Below are positions 1 through 12,553 of a stretch of 64,000 nucleotides of DNA, piece by piece. Where the stretch lies: assembly GCF_036321535.1 (NCBI RefSeq), contig NC_087447.1:52516001-52580000 (forward strand). The letters run 5' to 3'. Within the stretch, counting starts at the first letter, position 1, and each line of letters opens with the position of its first letter. Position numbers and translations under genes: made by a program. Source of the stretch: Camelus dromedarius. Taxonomy: Eukaryota. Under the pieces are notes generated by a model. That model made no database searches, was not told where the DNA came from, and saw nothing but the letters and a program-made list of their open reading frames with translations.

Positions 1-992
1 GGATGAAGGTTTCTTGAAGTGATGCTTAAATCATAGGGTTTCTGTGAGCATCAAATGACATAGCAAATATGACAGAACAGCTATTTTGCCCTTTTCACAA
101 CTTGGTCAAAAAGCTCACCACCCTAAGCTCCTTGCCCCCTCCTACACATCACTGACATCTTGTGGCAGAGCCAGGTAACTGCAGGTGTGAGTACCCAAAG
201 CTCCAGACGACCACGTCACGTGCCTGGCTCACCTCATTCCAGGGATTACGAGCAACGTCAGCCAGGATCTGCCTCACCTTTTCTAAGCACTTCGATATTT
301 ATCAACAAATTTTATCCCTACCCCAGCCTTTGAAGGTGAGTTAGGTTTGTAATCATGACAAAGGGAGGATCAGAGATGTGGTGGAGCAAGGGCAAGATGT
401 GCCCTAGACAGTAAATTTCTGGAGATCAGGGATTTTTCCCACCACATCCTCGTACTTAGCACACTGCTTGGAACACAGTAAGTGCTCAGTTAATGTCTGT
501 AAAGGAAATGACAATTTTAGGAAACCCCAGTCCCTTGCCAGTTTAGAAGTCCACATGGTGAAGGGGCTTGCTTCAGGTGACACAGGGACAGACTACTCCA
601 GGAATAATTTACAAGGAACCCCTCCCTGTCTCCTCCCAATGTGTGTGCACAAGTGTTCCTAACCTTCCACTGCCCTTAACGAGAAACAGATTCCCCTGTC
701 TCTCCTGTCCAGGCTCTTTCCTACTCCTCGGAAAAGGTCACACCAGGCCAGGGTAGGGCAAGGACCAAGGACTGAAGCACAGGAGATGTGTGGGCTGTGG
801 CAGAGTTGCTGGGACAGGGTTGACAAGTGGCCCAGGACTACATTATAAACTGAATGCTAAGTCCCTCAAAATTAATGTTGCAGCCTAATCCCCAATGCAT
901 TAGGAGATAGGGCCTTTGGGAGGTGATTATAGGTCATGTGGGTGGGGCCGACATGAATGGGATTAGTGTCCTTTTGAAAGACACCTCACTGA

Positions 993-2485
993 AAACAGAC
1001 ATATAGACCAATGGAACAGAATAGAGAGCCCAGAAATGAACCCACAAATTTTTGGTCAACTGATCTCCGCAAAGGAGGCAAGAATATACAATGGAATAAA
1101 GACAGTCTCTTCAGCAAATGGTGTTGGGAAAACTGGACAGCAGCATGTAAAACAATGAAGCTAGAACACTCCCTTACACCATATACAAAAATCAACTCAA
1201 TACAGATCAAAGACTTAAACATAAGACAAGATACAATAAACCTCCTAGAGGAAAACATAGGCAAAACATTATCTGACATACATTTCAAAAATTTTCTCCT
1301 AGAAGAAATAAAAGCAAGAATAAACAAATGGGACCTAATGAAACTTACAAGCTTCTGCACAGCAAAGGAAACCAGAAGTAAAACAAGAAGACAACCTATG
1401 GAATGGGAGAAAATTTTTGCAAATGAAACCGACAAAGGCTTGATCTCCAGAATATATAAGCAGCTCATATGACTCAATAAGAAAAAAATTAACAACCCAA
1501 TCCAAAAATGGGCAGAAGACCTAAACAAGCAATTCTCCAAGGAAGACATACAAATGATCAAAAGGCACGTGAAAAAATGCTCAATATCACTAAGTATCAG
1601 AGAAATGCAAATCAAAACTACAATGAGGTATCACCTCACACCAGTCAGAATGGCCGTCATTCAAAAATCCACAAATGACAAATGCTGGAGAGGCTGTGGA
1701 GAAAGGGGAACCCTCCTACACTGCTGGTGGGAATGCAGTTTGGTGCAGCCACTATGGAAAACAGTGTGGAGATTCCTCAAAAGACTAGGAATAGACTTAC
1801 TGTATGACCCAGGAATCCCACTCATAGGCATATATCCAGAAGGAACCCTACTTCAAAAAGACACCTGCACCCCAGTGTTCATAGCAGCACTATTTACAAT
1901 GGCCAAGACATGGAAATAGCCTAAACGTCCATCAACAGGTGACTGGAAAAAGAAGAGGTGGTATATTTATACAATGGAATACTACTCAGCCATAAAAACC
2001 GACACCATAACGCCATTTGCAGCAACATGGATGCTCCTGGAGAATGTCATTCTAAGTGAAGTAAGCCAGAAAGAGAAAGAAAAATACCATATAAGATCGC
2101 TCATATGTGGAATCTAAAAAACAAAAACAAAAACAAACAAACAAAAACAAAGTGTAAATATAGGACAGAAATAGACTCATAGACAGAGAATACAGACTTG
2201 TGGTTGCCAGGGGCACGAAGAGTGGGAAGGGATAGACTGGGATTTCAAAATTGTAGAACAGATAAACAAGATTATACTATATAGCACAGGGAAATATACA
2301 CAAAATGTTCTGGTAGCTCACAGAGAAAAAAATGTGACAATGAGTGTGTATATGTCCATGTATGACTGAAAAATTGTGCTGAACACTGGAATTTGACACA
2401 ACATTGTAAAATGATTATAAATCAATAAAAATGCTAAAAAACATTAAAAAATAAATTTAGATAGCAAAAAAATAAAAAAAAAAAA
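993..2485 (+). mobile_element. Young 5'-truncated LINE-1 (camelid-type): ORF2 3' part, 3'UTR and poly(A)
   Basis: Clear L1 ORF2p peptides (ORFs 1011-1472, 1554-1919), aataaa and A-rich tail to 2485; imperfect TSD aaagacacctcactga (977-992) / aaagacactccccactga (2483-2500). Confidence 0.95.
1011..2117 (+). pseudogene. L1 ORF2p C-terminal remnant with cysteine-rich motif [18 protein letters not shown]
   Basis: Same frame from 1011 to the terminal TAA at 2115-2117, with premature stops TGA 1470-1472 and TAG 1917-1919; 5'-truncated. Confidence 0.9.
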
Positions 2486-3149
2486 GACACTCCCCACTGA
2501 GCTCCCTTACCCTCATCTGCCACTGGAGGGTATAGTGAAAACAAGGCCATCTATAAGCTAGGAAGTGAGCTCTCACCAGACTCTGGGTCTGCCAGTGTCT
2601 TGGTCTTGAACTTCCAGCTTCCAGAACTCCAAGAAACAAATTTCTGTAGGTTATAAGCCACCCGGTCTATGGTATTTTGTTACAGCAGCTGGAGCTGACC
2701 AAGACAGACTATAAAGAAAAGCAAAAGAACAATTGCAGGAGAGCAGCCCCCTTGGATGAGGGGTTGGGAAGGGGGCTCCACAGGGCTTTGAAGGCCTGTT
2801 CTGTACCACGCTTTGTCTTTTAAGCCAGCGAGTTTAACATGCAAGTTTATCATTATTTTTTTTATACCATGCACATGTTATAAATATTCTTCACTATGAA
2901 AGAGTATTACTATGAAAAAACTCATAATAAATATCATAAAAGAGATACAGGAGAAGCCATTGTCTGGAGGGAGCACAGAGAAGGCAGATTTCAAGAAGTT
3001 TTGCTGTGGATTTGGTGTTTCTTGCAACATCCGAGAAATGTAAGTGGAAGTCTTGAGTGACTCTGAAGTTATTTAAAATTTTTTTTAATGTTTTCAACTT
3101 GATTTCTTGTTAGTTTGCATGCTTACTTTTAAACAGTTTTTAATAGAAT

Positions 3150-3295
3150 TATTTACTTTATTTTTATTTTATTTATTATTTGAAGGGGGAGGTAATTAAG
3201 TTTATTTATTTATTTACTTTTTTTTTTTTTAATGGAGGTACAGGACCAGGACCTCTTGCAATGTTAAGCACTCTACCACTGAGCTACACCTTCCC
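3150..3295 (-). mobile_element. Vic-1-type tRNA-derived SINE (camelid), internally deleted
   Basis: Reverse complement gggaaggtgtagctcagtggtagagtgcttaaca...gaggtcctgg...tacctccatt-A-rich-aaacttaattacctccccc-A-rich tail. Confidence 0.8.
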
Positions 3296-3831
3296 TGCTG
3301 AAGTTATTTTCATTTATTTGCCTGCGTCTTGACCTTGGCCCACTCTAGTCCTGGCACCTAGGTCATGGCTTTCCAATGCCTATGCTGGCTTGACTTTGAA
3401 ACCCACTGAGAAGGCTGAGAGGCTCCTGACCAATGGAAGTGGAATTTGAGAGACAGCTGCATCCCAGAGGGCCTCAGCAGTCCTGAACAGGTGCCTTCTC
3501 TTCCCTGATCTGCTTGTGTTAAGTGGATAAACTTCACCTCACCTTCCTCCCAGGGCTGATGTGAGGAGGAAAGGAGAACTTGCAAATGAAAGAGCTTCAT
3601 AAACCAGAAAACACAGTGTAACTGTAGGATGACTCTCTCCGTTACTACTCCTGGCAGAGAAGTAGTCTGAAACGACATGAAGTGCCCCCTAAATGTGAGG
3701 CATTTGTGTTATGACCGGGCATAACTTGCAGCCAAGGTTTCTTGGAAGAGAATCAAGTTCTCATACCACTCCAGCCAAAACAGGTGGAAAGTACACTTAG
3801 CAGCTGTCTTCTAGTTCCACCAGATTTATGA

Positions 3832-4080
3832 TGAGAGCATTGTGGTTATGAACCAGACTCCAGGGCCAGACAACATGTGTTCAAATTCTAGTGGCATGAC
3901 TTACTAACTGGACAAAGCAGCTCCTTAGGCAAGTTACTTCGCCTCCCCAAGACTCAGTTCTCTTATATGTAAAATGGGGAAAATAATAGCAAACTCACAG
4001 AGTTCTTGTGAGGATTAAGTGAGTTAGTGTGGAAAGTGCTTGAGACCGTGCCTAGTGTACAGAGTAAGCCCAACATTTGT
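3832..4080 (+). mobile_element. MIR SINE, near full length
   Basis: ggcaagttactt...ctcagttctcttatatgtaaaatgggg...ttgtgaggattaagtgag core. Confidence 0.85.
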
Positions 4081-4569
4081 ACAATACAACCACCATTTTC
4101 TGAGGGGGAACAATTAAACAGAAGAAACAGGCAGCAACTGCTGCCATCAATTGGAAGTCCAGGTTAGACATGTGGAGGGACATGCTGGCAAGGTTGCGTC
4201 GTGCTCAGCACGGAACTTAGAGGATGCCCACTTAACACCTTCTTGGCCAACGATGACTTGGTGAGTTCACTGCCTTTTTTGCAAGACTGACTCCAGCACT
4301 TTTTAAAAATACAAGCAAGAGAACCCTGGATTCAGGAGAAGCCAGAATCTGAGCTAAAGAAAAGTTGGGTAAAAGCTGACGCATGGCCCACTGCCCTTGT
4401 CTCCCCCAGTGGACCTGCCTGTGAATCTGTAAGGAGCAGTGGGGGTTCAAGGAACCCCACATGCGAGCCACTTAGATGGTGCCTGCCACACGGTAAGCGC
4501 TGTGGTCACTGCTCCCTCTTTCGTCTGTCCATCCATCTGCCCACCCATCCCCCAGCGATCATTCCAGAG

Positions 4570-4803
4570 CAGTACTGTCCAAAAGAAATTTCTGTCATGT
4601 ACCCACGTTCTGTAACTGCACTGTTCACATGTCCAGCTAGTCACACGCGGCTGTGGGGCACAGCAGATCTGACTGGTGCGACCGAGGGACTGAGGTTTCT
4701 AACATTTTTGGTCAGGTGTTCTCTGGGGTTCTTAAAAAGTTATGTAATTTTAATTAATTTAAATAGCCACCCATGACTGGTGGCTACCATACTGGACAGC
4801 GTG
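4570..4803. mobile_element. MER3-like hAT-Charlie MITE
   Basis: Termini cagtactgtcca / tggacagcgtg; internal tttaaatagccac...gtggctaccatactggacag. Confidence 0.8.
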
Positions 4804-4929
4804 ATATGCGGCCATGTTACTTCTTGGCTTAATATCTTTCCAGGTCTCCAATCCCTTGGCCGTGCAGCCAAGGCTCAGCACAATCTCCAGAGGAGGGTGC
4901 TGTGCGTGCACGCCCCGCCCTGCAGTCTT

Positions 4930-5250
4930 CCCACGCTGTGGCCTGTGTACGCGGGCCGGTACCTCCGTCCTTCTGCTTTTACGCCTCTCCTGCCTTGTCT
5001 GCCGGGCAATCTCTTTAGGGGCTTTCTCACGCTATTCTGTCCCACCCAGCCTGGGGTCAAGGGTACGACCTCTGGCTCCCCCAGCTTCCAGGGCGTCTCC
5101 TCACCCCGGCATTTATACAGTAGGGTTGTACTTGACTGTTACAGGCCTCTCTCCCTTTCTAGCCACTCCCTGAGAGCTGGCCAGGGCCACGCTAAGCAGT
5201 TCTGTACCCCAGTGCCCTGCACAAGGCTTGACGATGGCTGGCGCTCTGGG
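4930..5250 (+). mobile_element. L2 3' fragment (degenerate, CpG-rich)
   Basis: L2 3'-end-like ctccctgagagc...agggccac...ctgtaccccagtgccctgcaca. Confidence 0.5.
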
Positions 5251-5779
5251 GTGCCCAGAGAGCTGTAAGACACAGTCCATCCTTGTGGCCCCGAAATGTT
5301 CCCATTTGGGAGGAAGCATTGACTTCCACCAAGCTCCTTCCATCTTAGCATCACTCGTGTACACCCCTGCACTTCATCAGTCCAAAGACACCAGTAACTT
5401 AAGAAGCATCATCAATTCAATAACAGCCTTCTCAAGAAAAAACACAAAACACAAGGTGCGTCATTGACACATTGAGGTAAGACACGTTCTGCTTGTCAAA
5501 TGTCAAAATGTAAAGAAAATAACTGCCTCAAGGAAAGTGAGGCAAACCTGAGCTGGCCTCTTGGGAGATGCCCTTCTGGAGAATCGTTCAGTGTGGTACA
5601 CAAAGGGCTCCTTCCTCGGTGACGCTGTCTTATTCCCACTGCTCTCTGATTGGGTCCCCGCAACCAGAGGACTTCGATTTGTCCTGTGTTTTCTTTGAAT
5701 GGATCAAGCAGACATTTGAATAAAAATTTTTTTCTGATTATAGAAATAGCACCTGGTTATCGTACAAAATTCTTTTCCA

Positions 5780-6090
5780 TTTCAGGGCCTCTGCATTAGC
5801 TGTTCCTTCTTCCTAGAACACTCCTATCCCAGTTTCATCTGGGTGTCTTTCTCTTATTTTTCAAGTCTCATTTAAATGGCCACCATCCCCTGCCAGCCGC
5901 GCTGAAGTTGCTCTCACCCGCCCCCAGTCAATTTCTCTCAAATTAACAATCTCATTTTCTTCCCAGCACTTATCAGATTTTGGAATTAACTGTGTATTGT
6001 TGATTCTCTGTTTCTTCCCAATAACTCTATAAGCCATTCAAAAGCAATGATTTCTGTCTTGTAGGTGCTCAAGAAATTTTTGTAGCTAAA
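5780..6090 (+). mobile_element. L2 3' fragment
   Basis: cagggcctctgcattagctgttccttcttcctagaacac...gtaggtgctcaagaaatttttg. Confidence 0.7.
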
Positions 6091-6099
6091 AACACAGAA

Positions 6100-6560
6100 A
6101 ACCATTAAGGAAAATTATAAAGACCCCTGTGTCCCTGCTACTCAGAGAATCACAACTAACATCTTTCTGGGGATTTTCTGCATGTGTGTGCTCACACACA
6201 GTCACTTTTTTTTTTCTTTAAGATGCAATCTATTTCTATTGCTTTGTAATCTGCTTTTTTCCTCTCTACTTACTGTGTCCTGGATACCTTTCACACCCAT
6301 ATGCATAGCTGGCCATCCCTGTTTTTAAAGGGGACATAATATTTCCTTGTATATGGGGTGACCCTACTGGAATTAAGCAGCCCATGCAGGTGGCCTTTAG
6401 GTTGTCCCAGTCCTCCGGTTATGAAGCAGTGCTGCAAAGGAGCATCTTTGTACAACTACCTTTGTATGATTATCTACTTATGTGCATGAGAGTGTTGTTA
6501 CTGGGCCAAAGGGTATGGACTTACTACTGGATTTTGGATGAACATTAAGAATGCGGCCAC
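6100..6560 (-). mobile_element. Old L1 (L1ME-like) 3' fragment
   Basis: Degenerate antisense L1 3' motifs: aatatttccttgtat, tttaggttgtcccag, gggccaaagggtatg. Confidence 0.55.
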
Positions 6561-7329
6561 TTTTCAGGTGAGGAATCCCACTGTGCACAAGAACTTTGCA
6601 AGGTTCAGAGAGGGTTGAGAAAGAGACAGGAGACAGGCCTATCTCCATCCCTTGGGCAAGTTCTATCTAGTTGGACAGATTTATAAAAGCCCCCAGGACC
6701 CCAGCACTCAGGGCCAAGCAGCCCTGTGAAGGTCCTAAACCCCATCTCCCCAGCCTCCCTGAGCTAGTGGTTGAACCACTGCAGGCTTAGTTGTAGCAGT
6801 CTCATGGTAGACATAATTTTTTTAAAAAATAGGTATCTTGAAAGGTGAACTCTTGAAAGGTTGTCTTGTAATAAATACACATGCACATGCCAGAAAAGTG
6901 CAATTTATAATTAAATTCTGTAATTATACCCAACTGAACCCACAACTTAATACAGCACAGGTGTCAGCCACCAACTAACCCCAATTTCAGTTCAAAGGGT
7001 GAAATCACTATTTTCTCCCTCTCAACATATTTAATAGCTAGTGTAAAATAAATGAATATAATTTGGCTTCATTTGGAACTCTTATTTCTGTCACTGCTTC
7101 CTTACAATTCACGTCACCTGCATCCCCCCTAAATCCAGTCTGATGTTGGTAAAATCCTCCAGTGCGGAAGCCCAGGAACAAAGGATGAGTGAAAACATGG
7201 ACTTCAGCATCCTCGAGGTTTCACACCATCAAAATCTGATTCTCTCCCTGCCTCTCCCAGCTCTGGCCTCAACGGCCTTCACTGCAGTCAGATATCAGAA
7301 TGCTGCTGAGCCTTCAAATGTAAACAGCA

Positions 7330-7545
7330 TATCGAGGCTATCATCTGTGTCCCACTCTTTGCAGCACCTGATCTTCACAATGACCTTGGGAGGCTGGCCC
7401 ACCAGGGTTATTGCAGTAATCCTTATTTTAGAGATGAGTCATCTGAGGCTCAGGGCAGGGGCAGGACATGTTCAAAGTCACAGCAAACAGGAAGTAGAGT
7501 TGAGGCTAAATCTACATCTTCTGACTCCTAGTTCAGAACCATTTC
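7330..7545 (-). mobile_element. MIR SINE
   Basis: ttttagagatgagtcatctgaggctcag...aagtcacagc. Confidence 0.7.
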
Positions 7546-7939
7546 CATCAGGGTAGAGCTGGAGGGGCCTGCCAAGTGGGCCAGGCCGCTCAGTGTCTAT
7601 CCCCTGCCCCTGCTCCCAGCTTTTGTTACTGACTTGAAGGAGTCCCCAAACTTTACTTTGGCAAATATTTATCTAAATCAGACAGGTAAAGGCTGTCGCT
7701 GGGCAGCTTTCTACAATAGAGAGGTAATCAAGTAGCCGGGTGGTGGTGAGAACCAGCTCAGTGCTGGGCGGACTCTGATTACCATTACCAATTATTGGTG
7801 CTAAAAGACATTAATCATGTACTTTACTCCGCTTATTTAGCAAAATACAAAGTTGGCAACTTTTACTTTGAAAATTTACTGTTCCATGAAGTTTCAAAAT
7901 CTGAAAACCACAGATTTAACACAAGCACAATCAAGAAGT

Positions 7940-8165
7940 TATAATATTTTAAAACATTACCTAGATTCTAATCACTGTACTAATGTCTCACATGTGTGCT
8001 TTCTTCAAGCCTCAAGATAGTTGTATGAAGTAGGGAGTATTATTCCTCTTTGAAAGACTGGGAAACTGAGGCCCAGAGAGGTTAAATACTTTGCTGCAAG
8101 TCAAACAGCTGGGAAGTGGCAAAGGCAGGATTTGAACCCAAGTCTGTCTAGCCTCAAAGCAGCTA
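7940..8165 (-). mobile_element. MIR SINE
   Basis: ggaaactgaggcccagagaggttaaatacttt...ggatttgaacccaagtctgtct. Confidence 0.85.
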
Positions 8166-8279
8166 CTTGGAGGAGGAGGAGAAATTTTCTCAAGCATAAC
8201 TGAGCCAAGATGCTTTTGTTCATTCACTCACTTACTCACTCCTTCATTAAACCTTTGCTGAACACCTACTGGAAGGAAG

Positions 8280-8750
8280 CCAGCCTAATGGAAGGAAAGT
8301 GCTTGAGGACAGTCAGTCCCAGGCTGGAGTCCCGGCTGTGACCCTTTTCCACTGAGTGACCAGCTGTCCAAGCCACCTCTCAGAGCCCTGGCATCTCTAG
8401 TTGCAATGTGAGAATAGAATTCCTCTGTAACAGGGCTGCTGTGAGGACCACATGCAAATAACATGTGAGGGAGGGCCTAGTAGAGCCTGGCATGCAGCAG
8501 GTGCTAGACAGACACCAGCCCCTGCCTGTTCCTGAGAGCAGAGCCCCTGTGCCGGTCACCAGCACTCGGGGCTTCGGGTTGGAAATGCTCTTTGATATCA
8601 TCTGGCTCAACTCTTCCACTTTGCAGACGGGAAAATTGAGGCTCAGACAGAGATGGTGACTTGTTCAAGGTCGCAGTGCAGGCTGAGACGGGACCAGAAC
8701 TCGCATCTCCCAACCCCTCCCCTACTCAGTCTCTGGCTTTTTCTATGACA
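8280..8750. mobile_element. Two MIR fragments (+ ~8280-8515; - ~8575-8750)
   Basis: gggctgctgtgaggacc...cctggcatgcagcaggtgct; ggaaaattgaggctcagacagag...aaggtcgca. Confidence 0.7.
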
Positions 8751-8879
8751 GCAGGTAGTGACTAGCTCTTCAGGGCCGTGGCCAAGTAAACTGTAACGTA
8801 AGTAGATTGGAGATAAATTAGACTATGTTGTTGGGTAGCTTAAAGGAAAACAATAACTTTTTGCATAAATGTCTAAAAT

Positions 8880-9560
8880 ATACTTCCTTATTTATCAAAC
8901 AAGTACACATGGATTACTCTGTGCCTGCCAGCTACCATGCTAAGGCCTCAAGAAACATAAGCTCATTTAATCATCCCTACCACCCTAGGCGGAAGTTGAT
9001 AGGGACCAGTCAGGGCAAGGTAGGCAGGGGAACGAGGAATTCAAAATGAACTCAAAAAGCCCTTGAAACAGATGTGCTGGGGCCCTGCTTTACACCTCCC
9101 TTCTCTTTTATTTTCCATGTACAAACAAGGGATTTCTAGATATGAGTGAGCATGCGTGCTTGTGAGCTGGAAAAATTCCATCCCGGGAGTGGGTCATAAA
9201 AAAGCCCTTCCAGCCACCTGCAGACGCAGCCCCTCCTCTGTCCACAGAGGTCCTGTTCCTCTGTGCTGTTTCTGTAACTAATAAAAACTTGCTATGTGCT
9301 GTGACTCCAGAGTCTCCTGTGAATTCTCTCCTGGTGGACCGTGGGTCGTTGACCCCTTACCCGCAACAGAAGTTACTATTACTGTCACCCCATCATACAG
9401 GTGAGGAAGCTGAGGCACTGAGAAGTTAATTAATTTGATCAGTTAATTAATTTGTTGTTGTTGTTGTTGTTTTACTACAACTAGTAAAATGCAGAGCTGA
9501 GGTTTGAACCCAAGCATTCTGGCTCCAGAGTCCACACCGTAATCACTATGCCACACTGCT
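8880..9560 (-). mobile_element. MIR SINE interrupted by a solo LTR
   Basis: ctcatttaatc...cccta | tactattact...acaggtgaggaagctgaggcac...ggtttgaacccaagcattctggctccagag. Confidence 0.8.
8997..9368 (+). mobile_element. ERV solo LTR, 372 bp, family not recognised
   Basis: TG...CA ends, perfect 5-bp TSD gaagt (8992-8996, 9369-9373), TATA-like cataaaa at 9195, aataaa at 9280-9285; cleanly splits a MIR. Confidence 0.85.
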
Positions 9561-10324
9561 GCTCACTCAGAAAAATGAGCTGCTTTCTACTGTGCACACG
9601 AGTGTAGCTATGCATTACTTGAGAATAGTAATCATAATCATAGCAGTAATAACAGGGAAAAAGACAACACAAACAGACAGTTCCCTCTGTAATTTGGTAG
9701 AAAATTTAATAACACCTACCCAAGTTTCCCAAAGAGCCTTTCCCCCTCTCCCTCCCCCTGCCCTACCTGCCCACGATACTCCCTCCACCTGGAACACATT
9801 GCCTCTCCTGTCTGACTACAGGCTTTGACTTTAGGACTCAGCCTGAATGCTGCTAGCTCTGGGAACGTTTTTCAGACGGTGTCTTCTCTTCTGTCCTAGC
9901 TGGTCAACATTCCCTGGGTCAGCATTCCTGGTGGGGTTTGACATTGTATCCCAGGATGAGGATGATAAAGAAGATGATGATTTTGTTGAAGAAGCTTTCC
10001 CAGTGGTCTCAGATCACTCTGCTCATTAATGATGCTCAGGGGGAAGGCAGCTGTTGCTTCACTGAGGCATGGATGTATGTCTATTTCACACCTTCAATGC
10101 CACAAACATGTATGGAGCGCCTTCTTGGTGCCTGTTACTGCATTTAGTAAGCACTCCAAGCCTTTGGGGCAAGTACTGTCATCCCTATTTGAGCAGGGAG
10201 GACCCTGGCTCAAGAAAAATTGGGTAACATGTCCCAGGCCACATGACCGACTGAATGGTAGAGCTGGGGCCTGAAACCAGGTTTCCAGTCCCCTCCCCCA
10301 GGGAAAGCACTTTATGCAACTGTC

Positions 10325-11010
10325 ATTGTAAAATCTGATTCTAGCAAAAATCAGTCACAGATGCCAAACTGAGGGGGGAAAGATTTGATGAGAAATAGGA
10401 TATTTACATAGTCTTGGAGTAGCTCCCTACAGAATACTTATGTACTGCAAAGGAAAAATGGCAATAGGGGAACTGAAAACCATGTGTGATGGTTAGTTTT
10501 ACGTGAGGACTTGGCAGGGCTAGTCTCCAGTTATTCAATCAGAGATGAATCTCAGTGGTGCTGTGAACGTGTTTTGTAGATGTGGTGAACCTCTAAAGTC
10601 AGTTGACTTAATAAAGGAGATTATCCTTAATGATGTGGGTGGGCCTCACCCAATAAGTTGAAAGGCCTTATGAGTGAAAACTGAGGTTTCTCAGAGAAAG
10701 AAATTCTACCGCAAGACGGAAGCATTCCAACTCCTGCCTGAGTTTCCAGGCTACAGGCCTGCCCTGAGGATTTCAGACTGGCTAGCCCCACATCTGTGGG
10801 CCAGTCCTTAAAATCAACCAATCAATCTCTCTCTCCATTTCTATATATGTAAGTCTCTTAACATACATATTCTATTTGTTTTGCATCTCTGGAGAATCCC
10901 GATACACCATCTTAGCCAAGTGATCAAAATTAACATCACCAAAAAGGGCCAAAAGGCATCATGTGCATCCAGATGTCATATCCTCAGAAGGACACATCAT
11001 TTAGGTAGCA
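10325..11010 (+). mobile_element. L1MC4/5-like 3'UTR fragment split by MLT2
   Basis: tttgatgagaaataggatatttacatagtct...ccaagtgatcaaaattaacatcacc. Confidence 0.7.
10485..10906 (+). mobile_element. MLT2D-like ERVL solo LTR
   Basis: tgtgatggttagtttta...gtgggtgggcctca...ctctggagaatcccgataca; TSD ccatg/ccatc (10480-10484, 10907-10911). Confidence 0.85.
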
Positions 11011-11799
11011 TTACTTTTGTGATTGGAAAAAGACAAATTATTAATCAAACAATAAAACAGATCTCCCCCTCTTTCCTCAGGGGCTCCCAGGCTGGCAATG
11101 GTGCTGGCCTGGTAACCATAATGCACCTGGCCCAGAAATGGGTCCATGTTTGGTGACTGTGTCCAGGTGAGGATCTGCTTTCTGTCTGTCCTTCCCTTCT
11201 CTCTGTCCCCTCCCCCTCCCCAACACACACGGACTCAAACACTCATCATCGGCCATTTCCTCTCTGCCACCCAGGAGGCCCAGAATAACTCCATCGCCTC
11301 CACATCATGATGCCAGGGTTGCAGTGAGTCACTGGCACACATCTGTGGCTTCCTGCCAGAGCTGGGTATCTGAGAACGGATGCTAACTTGTACGGCAGTG
11401 GCAGTTCAGGAGAGCCAGGTGCTGGCTACCTTCCCAAGCTGCAGGTGGTTTTTATGGGGGCAAAATACTGTCACTTCTTATTTATTTCACTTTTTAGTTT
11501 TAAAACATGAATTAATACAGCTCGCCCATGGACATGGCCAAGCACAAGTGTGTGTGATGCCTTCTCGGCAGGCTTGGTGTGTCGGGGCCTCTTTGCTGGG
11601 AGGGCAGAGGCAGTCACGTGAAGTGAGCTTCCTCCAGCCTGACCGTGAACCGGCCTCATTTTTATGGGCTTATGAGGCAGTAGTTGTTGCTGTGAGAGCC
11701 CCGGGGCGGGAGAGGGGGGAGCCCAGGAGGCCTTCTAGGAAGGGGGCAAGGGGTGCAGAAGACCGATGGAGCCGGGGAGGCTGGGTCTGCCATGCAGAG

Positions 11800-12240
11800 G
11801 AGGGAGCTTTGGAGCCAGCCAGGCAGGATGAGGCTCAATGCCCAGCCCAGCCAAGGCATCTGGACAAGCTGTGCAACAACCCTCTAAGCCTCTGTTTCTC
11901 CGCATGTAAAATGGGCACAAAAGGTTTCAAAGGGCCACTGAGAGGGTTTAACAAGTACACATTTGGAAAGCGTCATCCAATGCCTTCTAAATAATAGGTA
12001 CTCAGATATCTGAAGTTTAACGTTTCTCAGAAGGTGGCCTATGGAACAAAGCCTGGTTTTGAATCCTAGTTCTGCCACTTCCTAGCTGTGTGACTCTTGG
12101 CAATTACTGAACCTCTCTGTGCCTTAAAACTCTCAGCTGTCAAATGGGGCTACCCACAGGGTTGTAGTAAGGATTAAAGGAGATAATCCACAGCTGGCAC
12201 TCTGTCGCTGCCTAATACAGCTGCTATTATTGTTGTTATT
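11800..12240 (+). mobile_element. Two tandem MIR SINEs
   Basis: ctctaagcctctgtttctccgcatgtaaaatggg; ttgaatcctagttctgccacttcctagctgtgtgac. Confidence 0.8.
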
Positions 12241-12553
12241 TCTTCCCTTATTTCCTGCCTACCTCCTTCCATGCTCTGGCCTGAAAGACATTTCCTGCTG
12301 ATGAATTTCTACTTATCCTGTGAGGCCTAGTTTAAATATCACCTCTTCCACAGAGTCTTTCCTGATCCCTTTAGTAGAAACAATAACAAACCCCTGTCTG
12401 CAGCTGAGGCCCTTTGTGCATCTCCATCGTGATTGTTCTCACAGCCTGATGCCCACCCTGTTTTATTAGAGATCCTCTTACTTGCATCCCCTCAGGGTGG
12501 GACCAGGTTTTACCATTGCTGCAAACCTGCTACACAGCTGTCCAGCCCTTATA

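Larger units (their letters stand above)
841..2706 (+). mobile_element. MLT1A/MLT1A0-like MaLR solo LTR, split by a young L1 (arms ~841-990 and ~2486-2706)
   Basis: MLT1A motifs gggcctttgggaggtgatta...atgaatgggattagtgtcctt and 3' end ggtattttgttacagcagc...aagaca; perfect 5-bp TSD gacta at 836-840 and 2707-2711. Confidence 0.9.

Noticed and set aside
986..1615. 209-aa - strand ORF
   Set aside because: It is the antisense frame of L1 ORF2, a common artefact.
9424..9472. Duplicated agttaattaatttg plus (TTG)n
   Set aside because: A small slippage duplication within a MIR, with no array structure.
9952..10029. Acidic peptide DEDDKEDDDFVEEAF after cccag
   Set aside because: It comes from a GAT-rich low-complexity run with a weak acceptor, and I recognise no protein.
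11380..11994. 204-aa + strand ORF
   Set aside because: It ends in a MIR, with no domain or exon structure recognised.
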